Shown in pieces: positions 1-9,086 of a stretch of 64,000 nucleotides of DNA. The stretch spans positions 20,974 to 84,973 of the forward strand of contig DASVDX010000086.1 of assembly GCA_036380875.1 (NCBI GenBank), in the 5' to 3' direction. Position 1 is the stretch's first letter, and every line of letters begins with the position of its first letter. This stretch comes from Acidimicrobiia bacterium (lineage in GTDB: Bacteria > Actinomycetota > Acidimicrobiia > Spongiisociales > ZC4RG35). The position numbers were made by a program, and so were the translations under genes. The notes under the pieces were generated by a model that was not told the origin of the DNA, did no database searches, and was given only the letters and a program-made list of their open reading frames with translations.

Positions 1-152
1 GCCCGCTTCCCCCGGTGGCAGGTCCGGAGCGCAAGATCTTCCTCGAGCAGAAGGAGATCGACTACACCGACTTCACCTTGATCGCTGCCGCCAAGTGGTC
101 GGTGGAAGACGACCACCTGGTTCTTCGCATTCCCCTCCGCCCGAACGGGTGA
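1..152 (+). CDS. 3' end of an upstream CDS of unknown product (partial)
   Basis: Open frame running to a TGA at about 150-152. Encoded tail is ...KIFLEQKEIDYTDFTLIAAAKWSVEDDHLVLRIPLRPNG. The next gene starts 2 nt downstream. Confidence 0.3.
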   Translation, partial: PLPPVAGPERKIFLEQKEIDYTDFTLIAAAKWSVEDDHLVLRIPLRPNG

Positions 153-153
153 T

Positions 154-999
154 GTGAGCAGCCGGCTCGTCCTCATCTCCGGAAAGGGAGGGGTCGGGAA
201 GTCGGCGGTTTCGGCCGCGTACGCCCTGGCGGCCCGCCGCCGCGGCGAACGAGTGCTCGCCATCGACATGCTCGATGGCAGCGGCCTCGGGGCCCACCTC
301 GGCGAGCACGACCTGACCTTCAAACCCCGTCCGATCGGCGAAGGGTTGGAAGCGTCGACGATCGACCGGGCCGAAGCGCTCCTCGAGTACCTGCGGGTCC
401 AAGTCGGCATCCCCGCCATCGCCACGATCGGCCCGGCGGCCCGCGCCTTCGACGCCCTCGCCTCGACCGCCCCGGCCATCCGGGAGGTCGTGACGATCGG
501 AAAAGTGCTGTGGGAGGTGAAACGCGGCGTCTGGGACCTGGTGGTCGCCGATGCCGCCCCCACAGGCCAGATCGGGAGCTACCTGCGGGCGGCGCGCACG
601 GTTCGGGAGTTGGTCGCCAGCGGCCGCATCCTCGACCAGGTGGAGTGGATGGAGCAGATCCTCACCGACGCGGAGCGGACCAACCTGGTCCTGGTGACCC
701 TCCCGGAGGAACTGCCGACGGTCGAAACCGCCGAGACGATCGAGTGGATCCGCAACGAGGGAGTGGTCGGCGCCATCACGGTGGTGGCCAACCGGGTGCT
801 TCCTCCGCTCGAAGCCGACGTGCCCGAGAGCGACGGGCCAGTGGCCGAGGCCGCCGCTCTTCACCAGTCGCTGTGGGAGGAGCAGCAGCACTGGCTGTCC
901 CAACTGCCGGTCGACACGTCCCTCCCCTACCTGTTCGGGACACACACTCCGGCAGAGGTGGCTGAGCGCCTCGCCGACTTCCTGGAGGCTGAGGGATGA
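154..999 (+). CDS. ArsA/GET3-family P-loop ATPase (anion-transporting ATPase-like), first of a pair
   Basis: GTG start. N-terminal deviant Walker A motif LISGKGGVGKSAVSAA. Family architecture of the ArsA/Mrp/MinD superfamily. Stop overlaps the start of the next gene (ATGA). Confidence 0.85.
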   Translation: MSSRLVLISGKGGVGKSAVSAAYALAARRRGERVLAIDMLDGSGLGAHLGEHDLTFKPRPIGEGLEASTIDRAEALLEYLRVQVGIPAIATIGPAARAFDALASTAPAIREVVTIGKVLWEVKRGVWDLVVADAAPTGQIGSYLRAARTVRELVASGRILDQVEWMEQILTDAERTNLVLVTLPEELPTVETAETIEWIRNEGVVGAITVVANRVLPPLEADVPESDGPVAEAAALHQSLWEEQQHWLSQLPVDTSLPYLFGTHTPAEVAERLADFLEAEG

Positions 1000-2015
1000 C
1001 CAAGGCGCTGGTGGTCACTGGCGCCGGCGGTGTCGGAAAGACCACCATCTCGGCCGCGTTGGCAGTCACGGCGGCTCGCTCGGGCCTGCGGACGCTGGTC
1101 CTCACCGTCGACCCGGCCCAGAGGCTCAGCACGGCCCTCGGCATCGCCATCGGCAACGAGCCCGAGCCCCATCCCGAGGAACAAGGCCTGTGGGTGGCGA
1201 TGCTCGACGCCACCGCCTCCTGGCAGGAGGTCGTGCGTCGTCACACCGACCCGGAGGTGGCGGAGCGTCTGATCGACAACGAGTTCTTCGCCGCCGCCAC
1301 CTCCCATTTCCCGGCGTCGCAGTCGTTCGCCGCCGCCGAGCAGGCCGCCACCTACATCGACGCCCGGGCATGGGACCTCGTAGTCATCGACACTCCGCCG
1401 GCGGCGGGCGGCATCGACTTCTTCACCGCCCCGGCCCGTATGGCCGACCTGGTCGGCGGGCGGCTCCTGCGATGGCTGACCGGCGCCCGTCTGCCCGGCC
1501 GCCGCTTCCTGTTCGACCGGACGGCCAAGCCGATGCTGCGGCTGGCCGACCAGGTGCTCGGCTCGAACCTCCTGGAGCGAATCGCCGAGTTCTTCATGGA
1601 CCTGCGAACCACCTACGACGGGGTCGCCAAGCGGGCGCGCCAGATAGAACGTCACATGCGGCGGGCGACGACGATCGTCGTCACGACTTCGGACCCCGCC
1701 CCGATGCGGGAGGCGGTCCGCTTCTTCCACGCCCTTCCCGAGGTGGCTTCACCGCCGGCTGCGGTTTTCTTCAACCGCAGCCTCCCGGAGAGCTGGATCG
1801 ATGCCCGGGCTCCCCGTGGCACCGACGCGGCTCTCGCCGCCAACCTGGAACGGTGGGGCGTGGAGTCACAGAAGCAGCGGTCGGCTCGCCGCGAGCTCGG
1901 GGAGCGCCATCGGGTGGCGATCGTCACTGTCCCGTGGCAGCGGCGGCCGCCGACAGACCTCGACTCACTGGCGGAGCTCATCGAGACCGCCGAATCCGTC
2001 CCGCAGTTGTGGTGA
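996..2015 (+). CDS. ArsA/GET3-family P-loop ATPase, second of the pair
   Basis: ATG overlapping the upstream stop. Walker A motif VVTGAGGVGKTTISAA, then DPAQ and DTPP motifs typical of ArsA-like ATPases. Paired arrangement like mycobacterial Rv3679/Rv3680. Confidence 0.85.
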   Translation: MTKALVVTGAGGVGKTTISAALAVTAARSGLRTLVLTVDPAQRLSTALGIAIGNEPEPHPEEQGLWVAMLDATASWQEVVRRHTDPEVAERLIDNEFFAAATSHFPASQSFAAAEQAATYIDARAWDLVVIDTPPAAGGIDFFTAPARMADLVGGRLLRWLTGARLPGRRFLFDRTAKPMLRLADQVLGSNLLERIAEFFMDLRTTYDGVAKRARQIERHMRRATTIVVTTSDPAPMREAVRFFHALPEVASPPAAVFFNRSLPESWIDARAPRGTDAALAANLERWGVESQKQRSARRELGERHRVAIVTVPWQRRPPTDLDSLAELIETAESVPQLW

Positions 2016-2651
2016 TCAGCTGACGAGAGGCGACGCCAGGACGTACTGGCCGACGATGAACACCGGCGGGACGACGGGCTGAGCTACCTGGGTGCGGCCG
2101 ATCCATTCCTCGACCAGAGTCAGCGCTTCGGCCGTGACCCGATGCCTGCTCTCCTCGCCGAGTGCCATGGCGACGGCATTGGCGAAGTACTCGGCGGGCC
2201 AGGTGACCGGGTCTCCGTCCTTCCACCAGGGCTTCGATGGGGAGATCCCCTGAGCGGCCCGGAACTCCTCGCCCACCGACTCGGCCGCACCGCAGGTGAA
2301 GTCGAGGTGATGGGCGAGTTCGTGGAACACAACGAGACGGGGAAGGTCACCGGGCTTTACGTAGAGCGTCCCCGACGAAGGGGCGTAGGCGGCCCGGGGG
2401 CCCAAGTCGGGTTTGGCGACGATCCGAGGCGGCGTGGCCAGGAGGCACGAAGCATGTGCCGGGACGCCGGCGACGAACTCCTCCCACAGATCCTCGACGG
2501 CGGCAGCATCCGATCCGGACAGGCCGGCGATCTCGATCTTGGCCGGGAAGCGGGTCACAGACACGTGGTCGGTGACGGTCAGGGCGCCCGCGGGTGCAGC
2601 CCAAAGAAAGAAGGTGAAGACTACGCCCGCAATAGTGTGCACTCCCCGCAC
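2016..2651 (-). CDS. Secreted hypothetical protein with an HExxH zinc-metallopeptidase-like motif
   Basis: Hydrophobic N-terminal signal-like segment (VVFTFFLWAAPAGA). Motif VFHELAHHLDF matches HExxH. No further family assignment possible from sequence alone. Confidence 0.5.
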   Translation of the reverse strand: MRGVHTIAGVVFTFFLWAAPAGALTVTDHVSVTRFPAKIEIAGLSGSDAAAVEDLWEEFVAGVPAHASCLLATPPRIVAKPDLGPRAAYAPSSGTLYVKPGDLPRLVVFHELAHHLDFTCGAAESVGEEFRAAQGISPSKPWWKDGDPVTWPAEYFANAVAMALGEESRHRVTAEALTLVEEWIGRTQVAQPVVPPVFIVGQYVLASPLVS

Positions 2652-2757
2652 CTACCCACTATCGGCTCGAGTGACTATGGAACTTGATGAAAAATCTACC
2701 CGAAAGGACTAGTCACTCGCGGGGCGAAGCGGGCGAGGGCACGCCCGAGGCCATGGA

Positions 2758-5700
2758 TCAGATGACGGCTTTTTGGCCGAGCAGCTCTTTCAGCTCGGCG
2801 AACAACGCCGAGCGAGGCTCGACTCGGTGCTGGTCCGACAGTTTCAGCACCTTGTGGCCGTTGTCGCTCGTCATGTGGAGATAGACCGGCGCCGGGCCGG
2901 GATGGTTGGCGAGGATCTGCTTGAGGCGGTTCACCACGTCCGGTGACAGGCGGACAGCGGGCACCCGCAGCCGCACCGACTGGTCTTCGCGGATGTCGAG
3001 CTCGCGGATGTCTTTCACGACCACCTTGACCTCGTCGCCTCGATGGTCGAGATGCCCGTCGACGATGAGAATGGCGTCCTCCACGATGACGTGACCGACC
3101 TCCTGGACGGTGCGGGGGAAGCAGAGCGCTTCCACCGAGCCCTCCAGGGTCTCCAATTGGAAGAAGATCATCGGCTCGCCGTTCTTCGTCCACCGCCGGG
3201 TGATACCCGACACGAGGCCGCCGATCTTCACCGGGGCGCGGTCTTTCATGTCCTCCAGGTCGGCGAGCGAGGTCGGGGCGACAGAAGCGAGAGTGTTGCG
3301 GGCCCGCAGCAGGGGATGGTCGGAGATGTACAGGCCGAGCATCTCTTTCTCGAACCCGAGCTTGACCTTGGTCTTCCACTCCTCGTCGGGGATGTCGAGA
3401 TGCCCGTTGGCGGCGGCCACCTCCTCTCCGCCGAACAGCGAGAACTGGCCCATGTCCTCGTTGCGGCGCCGCTCCAGCGTGGCGTCGAGCATGTTCTCCG
3501 CCACGAGGAACAGGCCCTTCCTCGGGTGACCGAGGCCATCGAACGCTCCCGCCTTGATCAGTGACTCGACGGTCCGCTTGTTGAGGACGATCGGGTCGAC
3601 CCGGTCGATGAAGTCGTTGAAGTCCTGGAACGGGCCCTCCCGGCGCGCCTCGAGGATCTTTTCGACGACGCCTTCGCCGACGTTGCGGATGGCAGACAGG
3701 CCGAAGCGGATCCGCCCGTCGTGGACGGTGAAGTCCATGCCCGACTCGTTGACGTCGGGCACGAGCACCTCGATGCCCATCTGGCGACACTCGTTCAGGT
3801 AGACGGCAGTGCGGTCCTTGTCCCGCTTGGTGGCGGTGAGGAGCGCCGCCATGTACTCGGCCGGGTAGTGGGCCTTGAGGTAGGCGGTCTGGTAGGCGAG
3901 CAGCCCGTAGGCGGCGCTGTGGGAGCGGTTGAAGCCGTAACCGGCGAAGTGGGCGATGAGGTCGAACAGCTCGGCGCCTTCCTGCTCCGAGTAGCCGTTC
4001 TCGACGCAGCCGGCGACGAACTTCGCCTTCTCGGCGTCCATCACCGACTTGATCTTCTTGCCCATCGCCTTCCGCAGGTTGTCGGCTTCGGCCATCGAGT
4101 AGCCGGCCATCGCCTGGGCGACCTGCATGACCTGCTCCTGATACACCATGATCTGATAGGTGTCCTCGAGGAGCGGGGCGATCGCCGGGTGGAGCGGCTC
4201 GATGGGCTTGCGGCCGTTCTTGCGGTCGGCGTAGAGGTAGTGCATGTTCGCCCCCATCGGCCCGGGCCGGTAGAGGGCGTTGATGGCGACGATGTCCTCG
4301 AAATTGTCGGGCTGGAGGGCGCGGATGAGAGCACGCATGGCCCCACCCTCCAGTTGGAACACGCCCACGGTGTCGCCGCGACGCAGGAGGTCGAAGGTCT
4401 TCTCGTCGTCGAGCGGGACGTTGTCGATGTCGATCCGCTCGCCGTGGGTCTCCTCGATGAGCTCCAGCGTCCGCTCGATGATGGAAAGGTTGCGCAGCCC
4501 GAGGAAGTCCATCTTCAACAGCCCCAGGGCCTCGACCGCACCCATCTCGTATTGGGTGACGATTTCGGCGCCCTCCCCCTTCTGTTGGATCGGGACGAGG
4601 TCGGTCAGCGGCTGCGGTGATATGACGACGGCGGCGGCATGGATCGAGTCCTGGCGGCGCAGGCCCTCCAGATCGCGGGCGGCGTCGACCACCTCCCGGA
4701 CCGCCGGGTCGCTCTGGTAGAGGTTGCGCAGCTCCTGGCCGTTGGCGTACCAGTCCCGGACGATGGCGTCGGCGGTCTCGTCGGGCGGGTTGAGGACCTG
4801 GTCGATGCTCGCTTCCTTGCCGAGGATCGGCGGCGGCATCGCCTTGGCGATCTTGTCACCCAAGCCGTATGGATGACCCAGTACCCGGGCGGCGTCGCGG
4901 ATGGCCTGCTTCCCCTTGATCGTGGAGAAGGTGATGATCTGGGCCACGTGATCCGAGCCGTACTTCTCGGCGGCGTAGCGGATCATCTCGCCCCGGTAGC
5001 GCTCGTCGAAGTCCATGTCGATGTCCGGCATCTGCCGGCGGCCCGGGTTGAGGAAGCGCTCGAAGATCAGCTTGTAGCGGATCGGGTCCAGGTCGGTGAT
5101 CCGGAGGCAATAAGCGACGATCGAGCCTGCCGCCGAGCCCCGTCCCGGGCCGGTGCGGATCCCCTTCTCCCGTGCGAAACGGATCAGGTCCCACACGATG
5201 AGGAAGTAGGCGGGGAACCCCATCTCGTCGATGATCTTCAGCTCGTGCTGGATCCGCTCCCGCACCTCTTCGGGCAGGGGGTCGCCGTACCGCTCCTTCG
5301 CACCCGTGTAGACGAGCTCCTCCAGATAGGACAGCTCGGTGTGGCCCTGCGGGACGGGGAACTGGGGCAGGAGGATCTTGCCGAACTCGAGATCCACGGT
5401 GGACCGTTCCACGATCCACAGGGTGTTGTCGCACGCCCCGGGGAACTCGTCTTCGGGGAACAGCCTCCTCATGTCCTCGGCCCGCTTCAGGTAGAAGTCG
5501 TTTCCGTGGAACTTCAGCCGGTTCTCGTCGGACTTCAGTGAGCCGGTCTGGATGCAGAGCAGGACGTCGTGAGCAGCGGCGTCCTCGGGTCGCGAGTAGT
5601 GGGCGTCGTTGGTGGCGAGAAGCGGGGCGTTGAGACGCCGGGATATCTCGAGCAGGTCGCCCATGATCTTCTGCTGGGCGGGGATGCCGTGGTTCTGGAT

Positions 5701-6255
5701 CTCGATGAAGAAGTTGTCCCGCCCGAAGATGTCCTGGAACTTGGCGGCGGCGGCCAAAGCAGCGTCGAAGTCGCGGGGCTTGGCGCTGGAGTTCTCTTCG
5801 AGGCCGTAGTCGGGGCCGAGGAGCTGGGGCACCAGGCCACCGAGACAGCCGGAGGTGGCGATCACACCCTCCGAGTGCTCGGCCAGCAACTCGAAGTCCA
5901 TCCGCGGCTTGTAGTAGTAGCCCTCGAGGAACGCCCGCGAGGACAGCTTCATCAGGTTCTTGTAGCCGGTCTCGTTTTCGGCGTAGAGCAGCAGGTGATA
6001 GCGCTGGTTGGCCGCTCCTACCGGCCGGTCGAACCGGGAGCCCTCGGTCAGGTATGCCTCGATCCCGATCACCGGCGTCAGGTCGTGGCTCTTGGCCGCT
6101 TTCACGAAGTCGACCACGCCGTAGAGGACGCCGTGATCGGTGATCCCCACTCCCGGTTGCCCGTCCTCGGCGGCGATACGGACCACGTCCTTGATCCGCG
6201 CCGCACCGTCCAACATCGAATACTCGGTATGGAGATGGAGGTGAGCGAATGACAT
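2758..6255 (-). CDS. dnaE: DNA polymerase III alpha subunit
   Basis: 1165 aa. N-terminal PHP domain (MSFAHLHLHTEYSMLDGA), polymerase core motifs and a C-terminal OB-fold region. Collinear with DnaE1 of Actinobacteria. Confidence 0.97.
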   Translation of the reverse strand: MSFAHLHLHTEYSMLDGAARIKDVVRIAAEDGQPGVGITDHGVLYGVVDFVKAAKSHDLTPVIGIEAYLTEGSRFDRPVGAANQRYHLLLYAENETGYKNLMKLSSRAFLEGYYYKPRMDFELLAEHSEGVIATSGCLGGLVPQLLGPDYGLEENSSAKPRDFDAALAAAAKFQDIFGRDNFFIEIQNHGIPAQQKIMGDLLEISRRLNAPLLATNDAHYSRPEDAAAHDVLLCIQTGSLKSDENRLKFHGNDFYLKRAEDMRRLFPEDEFPGACDNTLWIVERSTVDLEFGKILLPQFPVPQGHTELSYLEELVYTGAKERYGDPLPEEVRERIQHELKIIDEMGFPAYFLIVWDLIRFAREKGIRTGPGRGSAAGSIVAYCLRITDLDPIRYKLIFERFLNPGRRQMPDIDMDFDERYRGEMIRYAAEKYGSDHVAQIITFSTIKGKQAIRDAARVLGHPYGLGDKIAKAMPPPILGKEASIDQVLNPPDETADAIVRDWYANGQELRNLYQSDPAVREVVDAARDLEGLRRQDSIHAAAVVISPQPLTDLVPIQQKGEGAEIVTQYEMGAVEALGLLKMDFLGLRNLSIIERTLELIEETHGERIDIDNVPLDDEKTFDLLRRGDTVGVFQLEGGAMRALIRALQPDNFEDIVAINALYRPGPMGANMHYLYADRKNGRKPIEPLHPAIAPLLEDTYQIMVYQEQVMQVAQAMAGYSMAEADNLRKAMGKKIKSVMDAEKAKFVAGCVENGYSEQEGAELFDLIAHFAGYGFNRSHSAAYGLLAYQTAYLKAHYPAEYMAALLTATKRDKDRTAVYLNECRQMGIEVLVPDVNESGMDFTVHDGRIRFGLSAIRNVGEGVVEKILEARREGPFQDFNDFIDRVDPIVLNKRTVESLIKAGAFDGLGHPRKGLFLVAENMLDATLERRRNEDMGQFSLFGGEEVAAANGHLDIPDEEWKTKVKLGFEKEMLGLYISDHPLLRARNTLASVAPTSLADLEDMKDRAPVKIGGLVSGITRRWTKNGEPMIFFQLETLEGSVEALCFPRTVQEVGHVIVEDAILIVDGHLDHRGDEVKVVVKDIRELDIREDQSVRLRVPAVRLSPDVVNRLKQILANHPGPAPVYLHMTSDNGHKVLKLSDQHRVEPRSALFAELKELLGQKAVI

Positions 6256-6326
6256 AGCTGTGATTCCGTCGACTCTAGCGAGTCGTCACCTCAGGGTCGC
6301 CTACCCCCGAAACCGGGCCTTCGCGA

Positions 6327-7187
6327 TCAGAAGGTGACGACCAGGACAGCGGCGGCAGCGGCCACGACGCCGGCGATCAGGGTCCGGATCAGCTCCGCCT
6401 GCGGTCCTTTCACCCGAGACCACAGTTCCCCGATCAGGAACCCGGCGATGAACCCGCCGAGGTGGGCCTGCCAGGAGATGCGGGGAAAGATGATCGGGAG
6501 GGCGGCATTGATGAGGAGGATGAAACCGAGTTGGCTGAGGAGCGATCTGCCCCACGCCGTGTTGCGCCGGCGCACCGCCAGGTTGAGCCACACGCCGAAG
6601 AGGCCGAAGACGGCACCGGATGCCCCCACTGCCCGGAAGCCGCCCGAGGTGAGGAACTGCGCCGCCACTCCGCCCATCCCCGCCGCGGCGAGGTAGAGGG
6701 CGAGGAACGCCTTCGAGCCCACGCCCCGCTCCACCTGCGGCCCCAAGACGTAGAGGGCCCACATGTTGAACAAGATGTGAGTGAAGGAGGCGTGGAGAAG
6801 GACGGTCGTGAATATCCGCCAGAACTCACCCTGTGCGACCAGGCCGCTGTCGTGGATCAGGAGGCCGCCCACCTGGCCTTGCAGGAAGTAGGTGATGATC
6901 GTGACGATCAGGATCCCCTTGGTCACCGGAGGGAGACCCGCGGCCAAGGTCCGTGGACGTCGGGGTGTCGCTCGAGGAGGAACGGGGATCTCGGATTGTT
7001 GGCCGGCCTCGGAGACACATTGGGGGCACCGCTGGCCAACGGCGGCATCGATGGAACACGAAGCGCAGATCGGCCTTCCGCATCGAGAACACGAGAGGCG
7101 GGTTTCCCGCTCGGGGTGCCGATAGCAGACCCGGGTGGCGGGCTCGACGGGTGAATCTGGCGTCACCACCTGCACGGTAGTGACCAC
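6327..7187 (-). CDS. Rhomboid-family intramembrane serine protease with an N-terminal Cys-rich zinc-ribbon
   Basis: Multi-pass TM core with the catalytic GASGAVFG (Ser) and HLGGFIAGF (His) motifs. N-terminal CxxC...CxxC...CxxC cluster (CYRHPERETRLSCSRCGRPICASCS...CPQC). Confidence 0.8.
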   Translation of the reverse strand: MVTTVQVVTPDSPVEPATRVCYRHPERETRLSCSRCGRPICASCSIDAAVGQRCPQCVSEAGQQSEIPVPPRATPRRPRTLAAGLPPVTKGILIVTIITYFLQGQVGGLLIHDSGLVAQGEFWRIFTTVLLHASFTHILFNMWALYVLGPQVERGVGSKAFLALYLAAAGMGGVAAQFLTSGGFRAVGASGAVFGLFGVWLNLAVRRRNTAWGRSLLSQLGFILLINAALPIIFPRISWQAHLGGFIAGFLIGELWSRVKGPQAELIRTLIAGVVAAAAAVLVVTF

Positions 7188-7213
7188 TCGATTTCACGAG
7201 AAGGCAGCGGGCG

Positions 7214-8122
7214 TCAACGGAGCCGGTCGAGCACGGAGGCGAGTTCGCCTGGCAGCGGTGACTCGAAGGTGAGCTGCTCTCCCGTCCGGGGATGGGCGAA
7301 GCCGAGGCGCCTCGCGTGGAGGAAGAGCCGGGGCACCTCGACCCGATCGGGGCCGGGGCGATAAACGGGGTCACCCGCCAGTGGATGGTCGATGGCCGCC
7401 AGGTGCACGCGGATCTGGTGTGTGCGGCCCGTCTCGAGGCGCACGGTGAGGAGCGACATCTGCGCCTCGGGAAACGACCGCTCGACCTGGTAGTGGGTGC
7501 GGGCGGGTCGGCCGGCGGGATCGATGCGGCGGCGTGTGGGACGATTGGGATCCCGGGCGATGGGGGCATCGACGGTGCCGGTGGGAACGTCGAAGAGGCC
7601 GTCCACCAGCGCCGCGTACTCCCGCACCATCTCCCGCCGCGACACCTGCTCCCGCAGGCCCGCATAGCCGACCTGCGAGGCGGCGGCCACCAACAGGCCC
7701 GACGTGTCGCGGTCCAGGCGATGGACGATTCCCGGACGGTCGGGATCGCCTATGCCGGCGATCTCGGGCCGGCGATGCAGGAGCCCGCCAACGAGTGTCC
7801 CCCGATCGCGTCCCGCGCCGGGATGGACCACGAGCCCGGCCGGCTTGTCGACGACGATCACGTCTTCGTCCTCGTAGACGACATCGAAGGTGATCTCTTC
7901 GGGTTGGATCCCCTCCGCCTCCTCTGGCGGGGGGAACGACAGCACCTGGCCGGCCGCCACCCGGTGACGGGCCGGCGGTGTCTGCCCGTCTAGGGTCGCC
8001 TGGCTCTCGTCGACGATGCGGCGGGCGGCCGCCCGTGACATGGCGCCGAGGACGGAGACGACCTTGTCGAGACGCTCGCCGTCGAGTTCCTCGGGGACCG
8101 TGAAGGTCAGTCGTTCACCCAT
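7214..8122 (-). CDS. rluD: RluA-family 23S rRNA pseudouridine synthase (RluD-like)
   Basis: S4 domain followed by the catalytic HRLDRDTSGLLV motif. ATG (MGERLTF) chosen inside the longer track ORF 7214..8491, whose N-terminal extension runs antisense through lspA. Confidence 0.85.
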   Translation of the reverse strand: MGERLTFTVPEELDGERLDKVVSVLGAMSRAAARRIVDESQATLDGQTPPARHRVAAGQVLSFPPPEEAEGIQPEEITFDVVYEDEDVIVVDKPAGLVVHPGAGRDRGTLVGGLLHRRPEIAGIGDPDRPGIVHRLDRDTSGLLVAAASQVGYAGLREQVSRREMVREYAALVDGLFDVPTGTVDAPIARDPNRPTRRRIDPAGRPARTHYQVERSFPEAQMSLLTVRLETGRTHQIRVHLAAIDHPLAGDPVYRPGPDRVEVPRLFLHARRLGFAHPRTGEQLTFESPLPGELASVLDRLR

Positions 8123-8595
8123 GAGCCGATCAACAGGACCACCACGGCCACCGTTATAGATGCGTCGGCGAGGTTGAACGTGGGGATGAACCAGAGGTCT
8201 ATCCAGTCGATCACGGGCCCGTCGAGGAGACCCGGTCCGCGGGCGATGCGGTCGACGAGGTTCCCGGCGGCGCCTCCCATGACCAGCCCCATGCCGACGA
8301 CTTCGATCGTGCCGTGGGGCTTGCGCAGAAACCAGAGAATGAGGCAGATGGCGACGATCGCCGCCACGCCGAAAAGGGCCCCGGCTCCCTGGAACATCGA
8401 GAAAGCAGCTCCGGTGTTCTCGACGAACCGGAACTGCAAGAAACTTCCGATGACGTCGACGGGTTCGGAAGTGAAAGTGGCGGACGCCCAACGCTTCGTG
8501 AGGGCATCGAGGAGAACCACCGCCGCCGCAATACCGACGGCGATGGCGTACCCGTTTCGGACGGTGAGCCGGTGCCTTCGCCCGGCCCCGCTCAT
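8107..8595 (-). CDS. lspA: Lipoprotein signal peptidase (signal peptidase II)
   Basis: 162 aa, 4 TM segments. Conserved FNLAD and VVDxI-like regions. Start at MSGAGRR inside the track ORF 8107..9069. 16-nt overlap with rluD. Confidence 0.85.
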   Translation of the reverse strand: MSGAGRRHRLTVRNGYAIAVGIAAAVVLLDALTKRWASATFTSEPVDVIGSFLQFRFVENTGAAFSMFQGAGALFGVAAIVAICLILWFLRKPHGTIEVVGMGLVMGGAAGNLVDRIARGPGLLDGPVIDWIDLWFIPTFNLADASITVAVVVLLIGSWVND

Positions 8596-8963
8596 CGACG
8601 CGAGGCGCAGTTCACGCAGAACGTGGCGTACGGAAGGACGTCGAGTCGGGCCGTGGGAATGTCCTGGCCGCAGGACTCGCACACGCCGTACTCTCCGCTT
8701 TCGATTCGCTCGAGAGCGTGCTCGACTTTGTGGAGCAGGTCGATGGCGTTTTGCTGCATCGACAGCTCCTTTTCGTACTCGAATTTCATCGATCCGGCTT
8801 CGGCGTTGCCGGGATCGGGGCTCCGCTCCGCCGAGGCCTCGGTTTGGCGAGCCTCTTCCAGAGCCTGAGCGGCCTCTTCGATCATCTCGGTCAGACGCTC
8901 GCGCTCTTCTTCTAGCCGGGTTCGATACTTGTCGAGTGTCGACTGGGCCAGCTTGCGGGCCAT
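8592..8963 (-). CDS. DksA/TraR-family C4-type zinc-finger protein
   Basis: 123 aa. Coiled-coil N-terminus and C-terminal CxxC-x17-CxxC (CESCGQDIPTARLDVLPYATFCVNC). Start at MARKLAQ inside the track ORF 8592..9872. 4-nt overlap with lspA. Confidence 0.7.
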   Translation of the reverse strand: MARKLAQSTLDKYRTRLEEERERLTEMIEEAAQALEEARQTEASAERSPDPGNAEAGSMKFEYEKELSMQQNAIDLLHKVEHALERIESGEYGVCESCGQDIPTARLDVLPYATFCVNCASRR

Positions 8964-9086
8964 CAAACCTCCATTCGGGCGCCAGGACGATAGCAAACAC
9001 CGGTCGACACCGAACCATTCCCAAACGCCTATGTGCTGGGGTATTTCGGTGTGAGCGCCCCACGGGCATGTCGGTACCATTCGAGG

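Noticed and set aside
73-945. 290-aa minus-strand ORF overlapping the first ArsA gene
   Set aside because: Antisense to a gene with a clear Walker A motif and ATGA coupling. The translation is Arg/Gly-rich low complexity.
2652-2757. LexA/SOS box or Cheo box near dnaE
   Set aside because: No TCGAAC-N4-GTTCGA or GAAC-N4-GTTC match was found. The inverted repeat has a different sequence. dnaE1 is not expected to be SOS-regulated.
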